Part shown: positions 40,563 to 51,755 of the stretch, piece by piece
Layout of the letters: the number at the start of each line of letters is the position of its first letter
Position numbering within the stretch: position 1 is the first letter of the stretch
Assembly: GCA_963767775.1 (NCBI GenBank)
Contig: CAVYFI010000004.1
Coordinates: 153,006-217,005 of the forward strand
Length of the DNA: 64,000 bases
Direction: 5' to 3'
DNA from: Bryobacterales bacterium
Lineage (GTDB): Bacteria; Acidobacteriota; Terriglobia; Bryobacterales; Bryobacteraceae
The notes under the pieces: model-generated
Databases searched by the model: none
The model's input: the letters and a program-made list of their open reading frames with translations, nothing else
What the model was told of the DNA's origin: nothing
Position numbers and translations under genes: made by a program

Positions 40563-42367
40563 TCAGCCTACGCTCCGGCCGCCCTGATTCTCCGCGCGGT
40601 TCTTCCTCCCATTGGCTTGGCGGCGATTGGCTCGATCGCGCCGGACTGGTTCCGGCGGCTGCTTTGCCACCGGCAGACGGATCAGAATCTTGGTGCCCCG
40701 TCCCGTTCTTTGCGATCGACCAATCCATTCCCATCCGGTTCCGTTGCCGGTTCCATTACGGCCATACTGCCGGATCCGCCTTCTGGGATGGCTACGAATT
40801 TCAAACCTGCCACCGAGTAGGGCAACGCGCTCTCTCATGCCAGAAAGTCCAAACGAGTCTTTCCGAGCCAGCGCCTCCTCGACTCTAAACCCGACTCCGT
40901 TGTCCTCAACGGCCAGTCTCACCCATCCATCGGCCGAACTGACGGAAATGTTTACGCTGCTGGCGGCGGAGTGCTTGGCGATGTTGTTAAAGCATTCCTG
41001 CACCAGCCTATAGACAATGATTTCAGTATGTTGCGGCAGCCGGCCCAAGCGGCTGAGCAGCAGCTTGACGCGGATGGGATTCAGGCGGCGGAAGCGGTTC
41101 ACCAGCTGGCGCAAAGCGGCGCCCAAGCCGAGCTGTTCCAGCACCGCCGGGCTCAAGGCGGCGATCAAGCGGCGCATCTCAAGAATGGTGCGCTCGGTGA
41201 GATCCCGGGCCTCCCGCAGCTTGCTGATCCATTCCACATGCTCGGGCGGGCAGGGCTTGCTCCAGCAGCTCCATTTGCAGGCGGATGCACAGCAGCGACT
41301 GGCCGGCTTCATCGTGCAGCTCCCGGCTGATGCGGCGGCGCTCCATCTCCTCGACGTGCAGCATGTGCTCGGCGAGCTGCCGGATCTGTTCCTCGCGGGC
41401 CGCGAGGTTTTCCATCAGGCGGGCCTTTTCGGCGGCCATCAGGCAGCGCTCGGCGGCGGCGGCCAGCAGTTCCTGCTCGCGCGGCAGCCATTCGTAGGAT
41501 TTCGAGAAGCCGAACTGCATGACGCCGGCGGTGCGTCCCCCGGTGGCCAGCGGGATGGACCAGACGGTCTGGAATTGATCCTTCCAAGCCGGCATCGAGC
41601 AGCAGGCTGCCGGCGCCGCCCGATCCTTGAGTTCCATCTGCCGGGAATGGGCCAGCGTCTGCATTTTGGCGCGGCCGTTGGGAACTTCGGCTAACGCGGG
41701 GCGATCCTGGCCGCGGGTCTGGGCCTGCGCTCGCAGTACCCAAGCGCTGCGCTTGTCGTTCAGCAAGTAGAGATGGCCGGCGTCGGCGTGGCAGACCTGC
41801 ACCAGAGAATCCAGGAAGCGGCGCAGCAGTTCGTCCAGATTGCGCGATTCCAGTTCCACGCGGAACAGCTCATAAAACGCCTGTGTTTCGGCCTCGCGAA
41901 CTTGATAGTACGCGTTGTTCAGCGTCAGGATCACGCAGAAATGCAGTTGCTCGCGCACCCACTGCAAGTTCGCGTATTCGTTGGGGAGCAGCTTGCGCAG
42001 CATCGGCGTGAGCAGGCGGTCATATTCCTGCAGCGCTTCCACGATGCTGCTGGGGGGCAGATTCAGCTTCGCCAGGCGCCGGCCGTTGTATTCCACCTGT
42101 TCGATGAATTTGAGCGGCGGCTGGCCGCTGGCCAGAATGCGGGCCGCGGCGCCGGGCGTGATGGCAGGCCAGCGCCACGCGGATTTTCGAATCGAACTGT
42201 TGCGCGGCCCGAACTTGTCGCGCTTCAGCTTGGCGAGGAAACGCCGGTCGAGCGTTTCGGCATGCGGCAGTAAGACACACCGCCAGGCGGTGCAAGTGAA
42301 CGCGCAACTGGTCGCTGAGTACATCAGCGGCGTCGGCCAGTTCCGGCGATATTTCGGTGAGCGGCAC
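40563..42367 (-). CDS. GAF-domain sensor histidine kinase (HisKA_3 / HATPase_c); at least 2 frame switches
   Basis: HADAGHLYLLNDKRSAWVL (GAF-like), H-box RRISRELHDEAGQSLL (41179-42324), N-box ECFNNIAKHSAAS, and DNGVGF...GLSGMRERVALLGGRFEI (40563-41312). Directly upstream of the LuxR-type regulator. Confidence 0.8.
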
Positions 42368-42433
42368 CTGATTGTACTATCGGCTACTAGGGGGAAAGCT
42401 TTAGCGTTTTTGCGCCGGCGGCGCCGGGCAAAA

Positions 42434-43454
42434 TTAAATGTTGGCTGCTAGGAAAACCCGGGCGTCCCGAACCTTCACGAATACCGTCTCGCCGGTCTTG
42501 ATGGCAAGATCGCGATACCGTTCGTGGGTCATTTCGACGGTGATCGAGTCGTTCTTCGTCACTGGTCAATTCCACCCGCACCATGGGTCCGGCGGACTGG
42601 ATGCGGTGGATCCGCGCCGCAACCGAAGTGCCGTTCGACGGGAAGCGTTCGATCTCGAGCTCATGGGGGCGCACAAACACGCGCGCCGCCTGGCCGTTGG
42701 TCTCGCTGCGTCCGTGGAACAGATTGACGTTGCCGAGAAAGGTGACCACGAACTCAGAGGCCGGATGATGGAAGACTTCGTCGGGCGTGCCGGTCTGTTC
42801 GATGCGGCCCTGGTTCATGATGACGATGCGGTCGGCCACTTCGAGCGCTTCCTCCTGATCGTGGGTGACCAGTACGCTGGTGACTGGGATTTTCGCGTGC
42901 AGCGCCCGCAGCCAGCGGCGCAACTCCTGGCGCACTTTGGCGTCCAGCGCGCCGAAAGGTTCATCGAGCAACAAGACACTCGGCTCGATGGCGAGAGCGC
43001 GCGCCAACGCCACTCGTTGGCTCTGGCCGCCTGAGAGCTGCGACGGATAGTGGTGCGACCAGCGGCCGAGTTGGATCAGTTCGAGCAGTTCATTCACTCT
43101 GCGGCGGATTTCGGCTTCATCCGGGCGGAGCTTGCGCGGGCGGACGCGCAGGCCGAAGGCGATGTTCTCGAACACCGTCATGTGGCGGAACAGCGCGTAG
43201 TGCTGGAAAACGAATCCGACGCGCCGCTCGCTGGCGGATCGGTCCAGGATGTCCTGGCCGTCCACCATCACGGCTGTCTCTGGATTGGGGTCGGGCGTGT
43301 CCAATCCAGCGATGATGCGCAGCAGCGTGGTTTTGCCGGATCCGGAGGGCCCGAGTAATGCGACCAGCTCGCCTTCTTCGACATGCAGGTCGACGTCGCG
43401 CAGGGCGGCATAGTTTGCGAACGATTTGCTGACATGGCGGGCTTCGATGGCCAT
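42434..43454 (-). CDS. cysA: sulfate/thiosulfate ABC transporter ATP-binding protein; one frame switch near 42555
   Basis: [35 protein letters not shown]. The shifted C-terminal frame reads [31 protein letters not shown], ending at TAA 42434-42436. Confidence 0.85.
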
Positions 43455-43457
43455 TTG

Positions 43458-44320
43458 TTAAACCACCTCTTCCATCACAGCCGGCCGTTCCTCGGCGCGG
43501 ATGCGCCATTCCAGTGCGGCTTTGGCCACCAGCGTCACCAGCGCGAGCAACGCCAGCAGACTCGCTACGGCGAAGGCCGCTGAAAAGTTGTACTCGTTGT
43601 AGAGAATCTCGACGTGCAGCGGCAGCGTGTTGGTGCGTCCGCGAATGTGGCCGGAGACCACCGATACCGCTCCAAACTCGCCCATGGCGCGGGCGTTCGC
43701 CAGCACCACGCCATAGACCAGGGCCCAGCGGATGTTCGGCAGCGTGACGCGCCGGAAAGTTTGCCAGCCATTGGCGCCGAGCAGCGCCGCGGCCTCCTCC
43801 TCTTCGGCGCCTTGTTCCTGCATCAGCGGGATCAGCTCGCGTGCGATGAACGGGAACGTCACGAAGATGGTGGCCAGGATGACGCCGGGCGTCGCGAAGA
43901 TAATTTGAATGCCGTGGTTGCGAAAGCGCGTCGCCGAACCAGCCCTGCGCTCCAAACAGCAGCACGAAGACCAGGCCGGAGATCACGGGCGAAACGGCAA
44001 ACGGCAGGTCGATGAGGGAAAGCAGCAGATTCCGGCCCGGGAAACTGAACTTGGCGATCAGCCAGGAGGCGGCCAGGCCGAAGACCAGATTGGCCGCCAG
44101 CGTAACCGCGGCAGTGATCACGGTGAGCCGCAAGGCGGACATCGCGAGCGGGTCGGAAATGCTGGCGATGTAGAACGAAAAGCCTTTGCGGAACGCTTCG
44201 GTGAAGACCGAAATCACCGGCAGCAGGATCAGCAGTCCGACGAACAGCGCCGAAGCGCGCGATGAACAGTGCTCCGCATCCAGTGCGGTTCCGTGTGACG
44301 GTGACGTGAAGAATCGCCAT
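43458..44320 (-). CDS. cysW: sulfate ABC transporter permease CysW; frame switches
   Basis: [29 protein letters not shown]...[23 protein letters not shown] (43117-4217 frame) and [43 protein letters not shown] (43458-43955). The ATG shares one base with the cysT stop (TGATG). Confidence 0.8.
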
Positions 44321-45160
44321 CACGCCGCCCTCCTCAGATGCCGCGTGGACCACCATTGGCCCACGTTCACCAGGAACAGCAACACAAACGAACTCACCAG
44401 CATCAACAGAGCGATGGCGGCGGCGCCCGAATAATCGAATTGCTCGAGCTTGGTGACGATGAGCAGCGAAGCGATTTCGGTTTTCATCGGCATGTTGCCG
44501 GAGATGAAGATCACCGATCCGTACTCGCCCAGCGAGCGCGCAAAGGCGGTGATGAATCCCGCGATCAGCGCCGGCTGCAAGGCGGGAAAAATGACGCGGC
44601 GCAGAGTGTGGTCAGTCGGCTGGCGCCGAGCAGCGACGCGGCTTCTTCCATCGCCGGATCGAGATCTTCCACCGCCGGCTGCACGGTGCGGACGATGAAC
44701 GGAAGCCCGATAAAGGTGAGCGCGATCACGATGCCGAGCGGGGAGAACGCCGCTTTGATCCCGAGCGGCTGCAGCCAGCGGCCCATCCATCCGTTTTGCG
44801 AATAGATGGCGGTGAGCGCGATGCCGGACACAGCGGTGGGCAGCGCGAACGGCACGTCGATCAGGGCATCCAGAATCCGCCGGCCGGGAAAATCGTAGCG
44901 CACCAGCGTCCAGGCGACGATCAGTCCGAAGAACGCGTTGATCACGCGACGCGATGAACGCCGTTCCGAAAGTCAGCCGCCAGGCGGCGAGAGTGCGCGG
45001 ATCGAAAACCGCATCGCGAGAATTGCGCCCACGGCTGCACCGCCCCCTTCACCGCCAGCGCCGTGAGCGGGATCAGGACGATCAGGCTGAGATAGGACAG
45101 CGTATAGCCGAGAGTGAGGCCAAAGCCTGGAATGACACTGTGCTGGCCGAGCCTGGGCAT
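44320..45160 (-). CDS. cysT: sulfate ABC transporter permease CysT; frame switches
   Basis: [32 protein letters not shown] (44942-45448 frame), [26 protein letters not shown] (44565-44945), [24 protein letters not shown] (44320-44790). Confidence 0.8.
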
Positions 45161-45174
45161 AGTCTGATCCGCGC

Positions 45175-46198
45175 CTAGCTCTGCGGCTGGTAGAGCTGAT
45201 CGAAAATGCCGTGATCGGCGAAGTGCTTGGGCTGTACTTCCTTCCACGGGCCGGCGACATCGGTGATGGTGAAAAGCTGGATGTCGGGGAACTGGCTCTT
45301 GTACTTGGCGAGCGCTGCCGGCGATTCGCGGCCGGTAGAAGTTCTTCGCGGCGATCTCCTGGCCGGCGTCCGAGTACAGGAATTTGAGATACGCCTCGGC
45401 CACGGCGCGCGTCCCGTGTTGATCGACATACTTGTCGACCACAGCCACCGGGCGGCTCGGCCAGAATGCTGGACGATGGATTCACGATCTCGAATTTGTC
45501 CGCGCCGAATTCCTTGAGCGCCAGATGAGCTTCGTTCTCCCAGGAGAGCAGGACGTCGCCCAAGCCGCGTTCGACGAACGTGGTGGTTGAGCCGCGCGCG
45601 CCCGAATCCAGCACCGGAACGTTCTTGTAGAGCGCCGCGATGAACTCGCGGGTCTTTTTTTCGTCGTGTCCGTTGTGGTTCCAGGCGTAGCCCCAGGCCG
45701 CGAGATAGTTCCAGCGGGCGCCGCTGGACGTCTTGGGATTCGGCGTGATGACGCTGACGCCTTTCCGGATGACGTCCGGCCAGTCGTGAATGCCCTTGGG
45801 ATTGCCCTTGCGAACCAGGAACACGATAGTCGAGGTGTACGGTGTGGCGTTGTTCGGCAGACGGGTTTCCCAGCCCGGGTTGATGGCATGCGCTTTGTCG
45901 GCGATGGCGTCGATATCGGATGCGACACCCAGCGTCACGACGTCGGCCTGCAGGCCATCGATCACCGAGCGAGCTTGTTTGCCGGAGCCCGCCGTGGGAC
46001 TGTTCGATGGTGACGGTTTGGCCGGTCTTCTGCTTCCAATCGTCGGCAAAGGCTTGATTGAATTCCTGATACAGCTCGCGCGTGGGGTCGTAGGAAACGT
46101 TGAGCAGATGCATGGTCGGCCGGTCCGCTGGTGGCTTCGGTTTTCGACGAGCAGCCCTCCAAGGAACGCGAACAGGGAAGCACGAGGCTGGCAGGCAA
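45175..46198 (-). CDS. sbp: periplasmic sulfate/thiosulfate-binding protein; at least 3 frame switches
   Basis: [20 protein letters not shown] (45175-46113), [19 protein letters not shown]...[21 protein letters not shown]...[17 protein letters not shown] (44973-46049), VAVVDKYVD...[10 protein letters not shown] (44942-45448 frame). Lipobox-like SLEGC near the TTG start at 46198. Confidence 0.8.
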
Positions 46199-46254
46199 GC
46201 AGGATTCGGTTGGTAAACGGCGTGTTTCAGCTATTCTATACTAACCCGATAGAC

Positions 46255-46284
46255 ATTATATACAATAGATGCGAAACCTGTCAA
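46255..46284 (-). promoter_or_regulatory. near-consensus sigma70-type promoter facing the sbp-cysTWA operon
   Basis: The minus strand reads TTGACA (46284-46279), an 18-nt spacer, then TATAAT (46260-46255), about 55 nt upstream of the sbp start. Confidence 0.45.
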
Positions 46285-46355
46285 GTGCTGTCACGTCCTA
46301 GGGGTCCTAATTGCTGGCGTCGCGGCGCATAGGGTATCCTGATATCTGTACAAGA

Positions 46356-46609
46356 ATGGCAAACACATTTTCAGCGCTGAAGCGCATGCGCCAGACCAAG
46401 CGGAAGACGATAGTGAACCGGCTCCGCAAATCGCGGCTTCGCCACCAGATCCGTTCGGTGCGCCGGCTGCTTGAGCATAAAAGACGCCAAGGGCGCGAAG
46501 GCGGCGCTGCCCGTGACGTTTTCGCTGATCGACCGCTCGGCCCGCTGGGGCATCATCAAGAAGAACACTGCGGCGCGCTACAAGAGCCGGATCCAGGCTA
46601 CGGCCTAGC
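46356..46609 (+). CDS. rpsT: 30S ribosomal protein S20; one frame switch at the A-run 46479-46482
   Basis: [41 protein letters not shown]. After dropping one A the frame reads [42 protein letters not shown], stop at 46607-46609. Confidence 0.85.
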
Positions 46610-46672
46610 GCTGGCGTAAGAACCGCTTCCTCATGGTCGCGGCATCGGTGGGAGTTGCGGCTCGCTAGCGCT

Positions 46673-47727
46673 TCAGTTAGCCGTCAGGCTCAGCACCAAT
46701 TCTTCCATCACCACGCGGTCGTCGGGACGTGTGTCCTGCAGCGCTTTGTCCGCCCAGAAAACCTTTTCGATGGCGCGCGCCAGTTTCTCGTTCGGGAAAG
46801 CGCTGACGGTTTGCTGCACCTGCTCGGCGCGATCGCGCCAGATGCGAATGCCTTGCTTGGTGAAATGCGCCTGGATCTGCTGCGAGGTTTTGAGACCGGA
46901 TTCGCGCGCGGCCATGGCCAGCCGGAACTGCGTGGCAAGGAACGTCAGGGCCAAGGGCAGATACTCGCCTTCGCGCAGCAGCGTGTCCAGGCTGTCGAGC
47001 GAACGTTTCGATCGCCGCGTCCCAGCGCGCCCACCAGAGCGAAAATCGTGGACGCCTGCGCGTTCGGAACCAGCCGCAGGATATCGTCCGCGGTTACCTT
47101 GCGCTTGCCGCCGGTATACAGGCGCAGCTTCTCGATTTCGTTCGCGATGCGGCCGGCGTCGGCGGCGAGCGATTCCACCAGCAGTCCGATTTCGGACAGT
47201 CCGATCTGCAGGCCGGCTTCCTTGGCGAGATCCTGCGCCAGGCGGCGCGCGGATTCGAGCGTGTAAGGCCGCAGCTCGACCACCTCGGGAATCGCGCGAG
47301 TAGAATTTCTGGACGCGCTCGATCTTGGCGCGGTCTTCGCCTTCAAAATCGTAGCGGCTGGCTTCGAACACCAGCACGCAGCCGGGAGTTGGGATGCTTC
47401 AGATAAGCCGCCAACTCGGCGGCGGCGGCATTTTCGTCGTCGCTCGCGGCGCGGCCGCGCGGCAGGGCGCTTTCGGCGCCCGAAACCCACACTACGCGGT
47501 TGGGCGCGAACAGCGATAGCGATCGCGCATCGTCCAAAACCGCGGCCAGAGTGGTCTCTTCCAGATCGTGCCGGCTCAGGCCGTTCTCGCGATCCTCCGG
47601 CGCCAGCACCTTGTCGACCAGGGCGCGGCGGCAGGCGCTCAAGTTGATATACCTCAGGTCCGAGAAACAGGTACACGGGCGCGGGCGGCGATTTTTGGAT
47701 TCGCTGCAGAAACTGATCGGGGCTCAA
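46673..47727 (-). CDS. holA: DNA polymerase III delta subunit; at least 3 frame switches
   Basis: PAPVYLFLGPEVYQ (46945-47727), LDDARSLSLFAPNRVVWV (47343-47642), LVFEASRYDFEGED (46673-47377), LRLYTGGKRKVTADDILRLV, EGEYLPLALTFLATQFRL. Position after lptE as in many bacteria. Confidence 0.65.
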
Positions 47728-48242
47728 AAGTTCTCCGATAGAAATTATCGAGGATGGACGTCACCAGATCGCGCGCCACGTCCTTGCTCAAGCGTTGGAT
47801 CCCGGCGCCGCTTTCATCGAAGTATTGATTATCGTTGGTGGTCGACAGCTCGTAGCGTTCATGCACTTCATAGTTGGGCCGCGCGAAAATGACTTTGCCG
47901 GTGGAGCGTTCAACCAGGCTCACATTCAGGACCACGTTGATTTGCAGCCCGCTGGTGCGTCCGGTAGCTTGGTCGATCGTGTCGGATAAGCGGAATAGTT
48001 GACCACCGTGCCGCGTCAAGACTGCGTCGGCCTCCGTTGGATCGTTGACGGGCTGATAGCGCGTGCGCGCGATGAACTCGCGGCTGATGGCTTCCGGCAG
48101 CGAGTCGCTCAGTTTGTACTTCACCGTTGCATTGGTGAAGGGCGGGATGGCGATGGTGTGGACGTCCTTCGGCACCAGGTCGGCCTGGCCCGCCACATGA
48201 TAGCCGCAGGAGCCCAGCGCGCGCAAGCGACGCCAGCATCAA
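47654..48242 (-). CDS. lptE: LPS-assembly lipoprotein LptE-like; frame switch near the N-terminus, 3' end uncertain (may end at the TGA overlapping the holA TTG, ~47725)
   Basis: Lipobox context LGSCGYHVAG, then VHTIAIPPFTNATVKYKLSDSLPEAISREF...DAVL. N-terminus MMLASLARA is in ORF 47910-48242. Confidence 0.6.
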
Positions 48243-48256
48243 AGCCCCAGCCCGGC

Positions 48257-49280
48257 TTATTCCAGGTACTCACGCACAACCTCCCAGGCGTTTTCCGCCG
48301 CGATTTGCAGATTGTCCGCCACCAGCCAAAACCACCAGGCGCGCGGCTGATTGCGATCCTGGGTGATGGTGCCGACCGTGATGCCGCCTTGTCCGGCCAC
48401 GCCCACATTGGTGGGCGGCTCATGATCGCCGGTGCGGACGTCGATGTTGCTCGATGCCAGCGCCTGGAAAATGGCGTCCATTCCAGGATTCTCTTCAAAT
48501 TCCACCCACGCCGAGATGCTGTAGCCATGGAACACCGGCGCCTGGATGAGGCGCAGCGACGGCATGGGAGCGCCGCCGGAGGCCAGCAGGCTGGCCAGGT
48601 GACGGTCAATTTTCTGCTCGATGTCTTCGAGCGAGAGCGGCGCATCGGAGCCATACTGCGACAGCATATTGAAGCTGATCTGCGCGTCGAAGACATCCTT
48701 CGGCAGGGGCTTGAACGACAGCAGCGCGACCGCTTGCTTTTGCAGCTCTTCGATTCCCGCTTGGCCGCGTTCGCTAACGGGCTCGAAAATTTCGACGACG
48801 GAACGGCGGATGGCTCCGGCTTTTCTGCAGATGCGTCACCAGGAACGCCAGCGCGATGGCGGCCGGATGCGCGATGGTTTGAATCGCGGCCTTTGCGTCG
48901 AAGCCGGGCGGCTCCACCATCGGCGCGCGCAGACGCGCTTCGGCCAGATCTTCCAGACCGCCGCTCACGTCAACGACGGCGGGAGCCGGTTTCGGCGCCG
49001 CGAATCTTCTCGTAGGCCTTCTCGCTGGATGCTTTGGAGCCCGCCAGGATAACCACGCGCGCCGAAGCCAGATCGGCCAGTTCGATGGAAGCCATCACCA
49101 GCGGCTCATCCGCTCCGCGCGTGAGAATGCTGGCCGCGCCCTTCGGGCGCACTTCCACCTCGACCGCTGCGACCAGTTCGAGAATGCGCCGGCGCTTTGC
49201 GGGATTCCAGCAGCTCATGGATTTCCTTGCCCAGCAGCGATTCGCCGCCGACGATCGCGATGGTGCGTTGACCGCCGCCT
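48257..49280 (-). CDS. aspartate-semialdehyde-dehydrogenase-family protein; at least 3 frame switches; start not resolved
   Basis: N-terminal Rossmann text TIAIVGGESLLGKEIHELLE (my translation ~49215-49275), VVILAGSKASSEKAYEKI (48970-49218), IAHPAAIALAFLV (48774-48968), RLIQAPVFHGYSISAWVEF...WFWLVADNLQIAAENAWEV (48257-48667). Confidence 0.55.
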
Positions 49281-49283
49281 TGA

Positions 49284-50214
49284 CTACGCCTGACTGCTTC
49301 GATGAGCGTGCATTAGCTGGTTTGATGCTCCGGTTGCGGCGGCGGGCTGAGGTGGGGGATTTGCGGACGGAACCTGCGGCGAATAATGCCCGCGGCGCGA
49401 ATCACGATGCCGGTGGCTGACATATACGGTTGCCAGCGTAAGCAGCACGGGCTGCGAATAATTCCAGATCAGATAAATGAGCACGCCGAAGAAAATCACA
49501 GTCAGCGGCGAGCGCGGGCCTTTGAGGTTGATCTCCTTGAAGCTGGGATAGCGCCAGGTGCTGACCATCAGGAACGAAAGCAGGGCCAGTAGCGCCAGCC
49601 ACAAGGCGGAATGGATCCACCATCCAGCGGCGCGCTGTCGGTGGCATATACAACGGCGGCAACGATGGCCGCGCGCTGCGGGAATGGGAAGGCCGACGAA
49701 ATACTTGCGGTCCGGGCGGCCGGGATTCTCGGGCACCGGATTGGTCTGGACGTTGAAGCGAGCCAGGCGAGCCGCGCCGCACAGCAAAAAGATAAAGGCG
49801 AGGAAGTAGCCCGCGCGATGGTCCATCAGGAATCCGCCGGGCGTGACGAACTCGACGCCCCAGGTGAATGCGAGCACCGCCGGGCGCGATGCCGAAGGTG
49901 ATGACGTCGGCGAGCGAATCCATTTCGCGGCCAAAATCGCTGACGGTGTTGGTCATGCGGGCGATGCGGCCGTCCAATCCATCCAGCACCACTGCGGCGC
50001 CGATGGCTTTGGCGGCCACTTCGAAATGCGGATTGGTGCCGAGTTGTCCGCTGGCGCCCAGCAGCGCGCCTTCCAGCGAGCGAATGATCGCGATGAATCC
50101 CAGAAAAATGTTGCCTGCGGTGAATAGCGTGGGAAGCGCGTAGGCCGCGCGCCGGGGACGCCGCGAGGGCGGACGGGAATCGAAGAAGCGTTCCTTGAAA
50201 GTGAGCCGTGCCAT
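49284..50214 (-). CDS. pssA: CDP-diacylglycerol--serine O-phosphatidyltransferase; frame switches
   Basis: LPTLFTAGNIFLGFIAI and the CDP-alcohol transferase motif DGLDGRIARMTNTVSDFGREMDSLAD (49402-50382 frame). Membrane C-terminal half in 49284-49934. Confidence 0.8.
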
Positions 50215-50833
50215 CACGTCAACCTTCGCCGTGCGAGAATGCTGGAGCCGCCGGCCACGCGCTCGCCGGTGCGAACCGCGATGTCCCACTCGGGGCCCAG
50301 GAAGACGTCGACCCGGGAGCCGAATTTGATCAGCCCGACCCGCTCGCCTTTGGCCACGGAGTCGCCCGGTTTTTTGTAGCACACGATGCGGCGCGCGATC
50401 AGTCCCGCGATTTGCGCGAAGCGGACGCAGGTGGTTTCGCCAGGGGCGGTCCCGGCGATGGTAAATGTGTTGCGCTCATTTTGTGCGCTGGCGATTTCGC
50501 GGCTGGCGACCAGGAACTGGCCCTGGGTGTATTCGATGTTCGTGATTTTGCCGGCGATGGGCGCGCGGTTCACGTGAACGTCGAAAATGTTCAGGAAAAT
50601 GCTGATGCGGGTGCGATTCGGCGCCATCACCGATGACACTGACTACCTTTCCGTCGGCCGGGGAGACCGCGACCTCGCCGTCGGGGATGGTCGCGATCCG
50701 GATCGCGGAAGAAATAGAGGCAGAACAGGGCGACCAGGAACAGCGGCGCGGCAAACGCCGGGTGGATCAAGTACCAGAGCAGGGCTCCACTGGCGGAGAA
50801 TGCCAGGGCGTAGTAGATGCCGTCGATGACCAT
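50214..50833 (-). CDS. psd: phosphatidylserine decarboxylase (short, archaetidylserine-decarboxylase-like type); 2 frame switches
   Basis: MVIDGIYYALAFSASGALLWYL (50627-50833), SPADGKVVSV (50476-50754), ISIFLNIFDVHVNRAPIAGKI...LIKFGSRVDVFL (self-cleavage GS site; 50214-50639). The stop shares one base with the pssA ATG. Confidence 0.75.
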
Positions 50834-50973
50834 CGCTCATTCTATTGTAGCGGCGGAGGGCAGTCAGGGGCTTCCATTTGCGTTTCAGATGGGTTAAGAA
50901 GGAACAGTGAACGAGATGCTCCAAGCGGTTGAGCCGGGCTTCGAGACGCACTTCGGCAGTTGTTCATGAGGAG

Positions 50974-51279
50974 ATGAGAGTGGGTGTATCTAGCCTCGCA
51001 ACTATTGCATCCGTGGCTCCCTGGGTGGGAATATTTGGCACCATATGAGGCATCGTTAATTCGTTCCGAGGCATTAGCGGCGAGAAGACCTCGAACATGG
51101 CATACGAGTTCAAAGGCCTGTCGGAATCGCTCTGGCCAACGGCTTTCGGCCTTTTGGTCGGTTTGGTATCGCTTTGGTTTTACGAGTATCTAACCGGCAG
51201 ACTGCGCACCTTTGATCTTGAGATGGAAACCGCATCTCTTGAATTGGTCAACCTGCTGAGCCGTCTTCGCGGACAATAG
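50974..51279 (+). pseudogene. MotA/TolQ/ExbB-family proton-channel fragment (C-terminal ~100 aa) with in-frame TGA at 51046-51048
   Basis: MRVGVSSLATIASVAPWVGIFGTI-TGA-GIVNSFRGISGEKTS...LSESLWPTAFGLLVGLVSLWFYEYL. E. coli ExbB/TolQ have GLFGTVWGIM here, so the stop replaces the conserved Trp (TGG to TGA). No N-terminal TM1, and no exbD/tonB next to it. Confidence 0.55.
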
Positions 51280-51315
51280 CTTGAGTACTGGCCCCGGCCG
51301 TCTTCCTGATCAAGA

Positions 51316-51687
51316 TCAAGACGTCGAACTGCTTGACCTCGCCCGCGGAGAGAAGCTGTCCACCGCGTCCTCGACGCTCTCGAACACCTCGAGCAACGTG
51401 TTGAGCAACGTCATCACCAGCAGTTCCCGCGTGCGCATATTGGGATTCACCAGCTTCAGCGCGCCACCCTGCTTCGTAAGCGAAGTATAGCCGCCGACGA
51501 TCGCGCCGAGGCCGGTGGAATCGACGTGATCCACGCGCGTGAGATCCAGAATCACCTTCAAATGGCCCGACGCGCGGAGTGCCTGAATACTCTCAAAAAC
51601 TCTATCGGATTCGCGAAACGTGAGCTTTCCACGAAGCGCAAGAATCACGATGTCTTCGCGAGTGACTTGTTCGATTGCCAAGCTCAT
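51316..51687 (-). CDS. STAS-domain protein (anti-sigma-factor antagonist, SpoIIAA-like)
   Basis: DIVILALRGKLTFRESDRVFESIQ...KVILDLTRVDHVDSTGLGAIVG...GGALKLVNPNMRTRELL. Intact 123 aa. Confidence 0.8.
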   Translation of the reverse strand: MSLAIEQVTREDIVILALRGKLTFRESDRVFESIQALRASGHLKVILDLTRVDHVDSTGLGAIVGGYTSLTKQGGALKLVNPNMRTRELLVMTLLNTLLEVFESVEDAVDSFSPRARSSSSTS

Positions 51688-51755
51688 AACGGCAGGTCGG
51701 CATTTACGATTGTATATCGAAAGCCGGGAGCGAATGCGCTATCATATGAGGCCAA

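Noticed and set aside
40693-40787. About 30-aa Arg/Gly-rich insertion (PRRRIRQYGRNGTGNGTGWEWIGRSQRTGRG) in the ATPase domain of the GAF histidine kinase, containing a short ggaaccgg direct repeat
   Set aside because: It lies in an indel-dense block. An alternative frame (AIPEGGSGSMAVMEPATEPDGNG..) is equally open, so I cannot distinguish a real insertion from two compensating frame errors.
39812-46198. GAF kinase / LuxR regulator as dedicated regulators of the adjacent sulfate ABC operon
   Set aside because: The link is adjacency only. The genes are on the same strand, but the regulator pair is downstream of cysA, and nothing in the sequence ties them together.
51046-51048. In-frame TGA in the ExbB-like ORF as selenocysteine or Trp recoding
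   Set aside because: I see no SECIS-like hairpin downstream. Every other gene in the window uses TGA as a normal stop (for example the ATGA/TGATG overlaps at 21102, 44320, 50214 and 62018). A point change of TGG is the simpler explanation.
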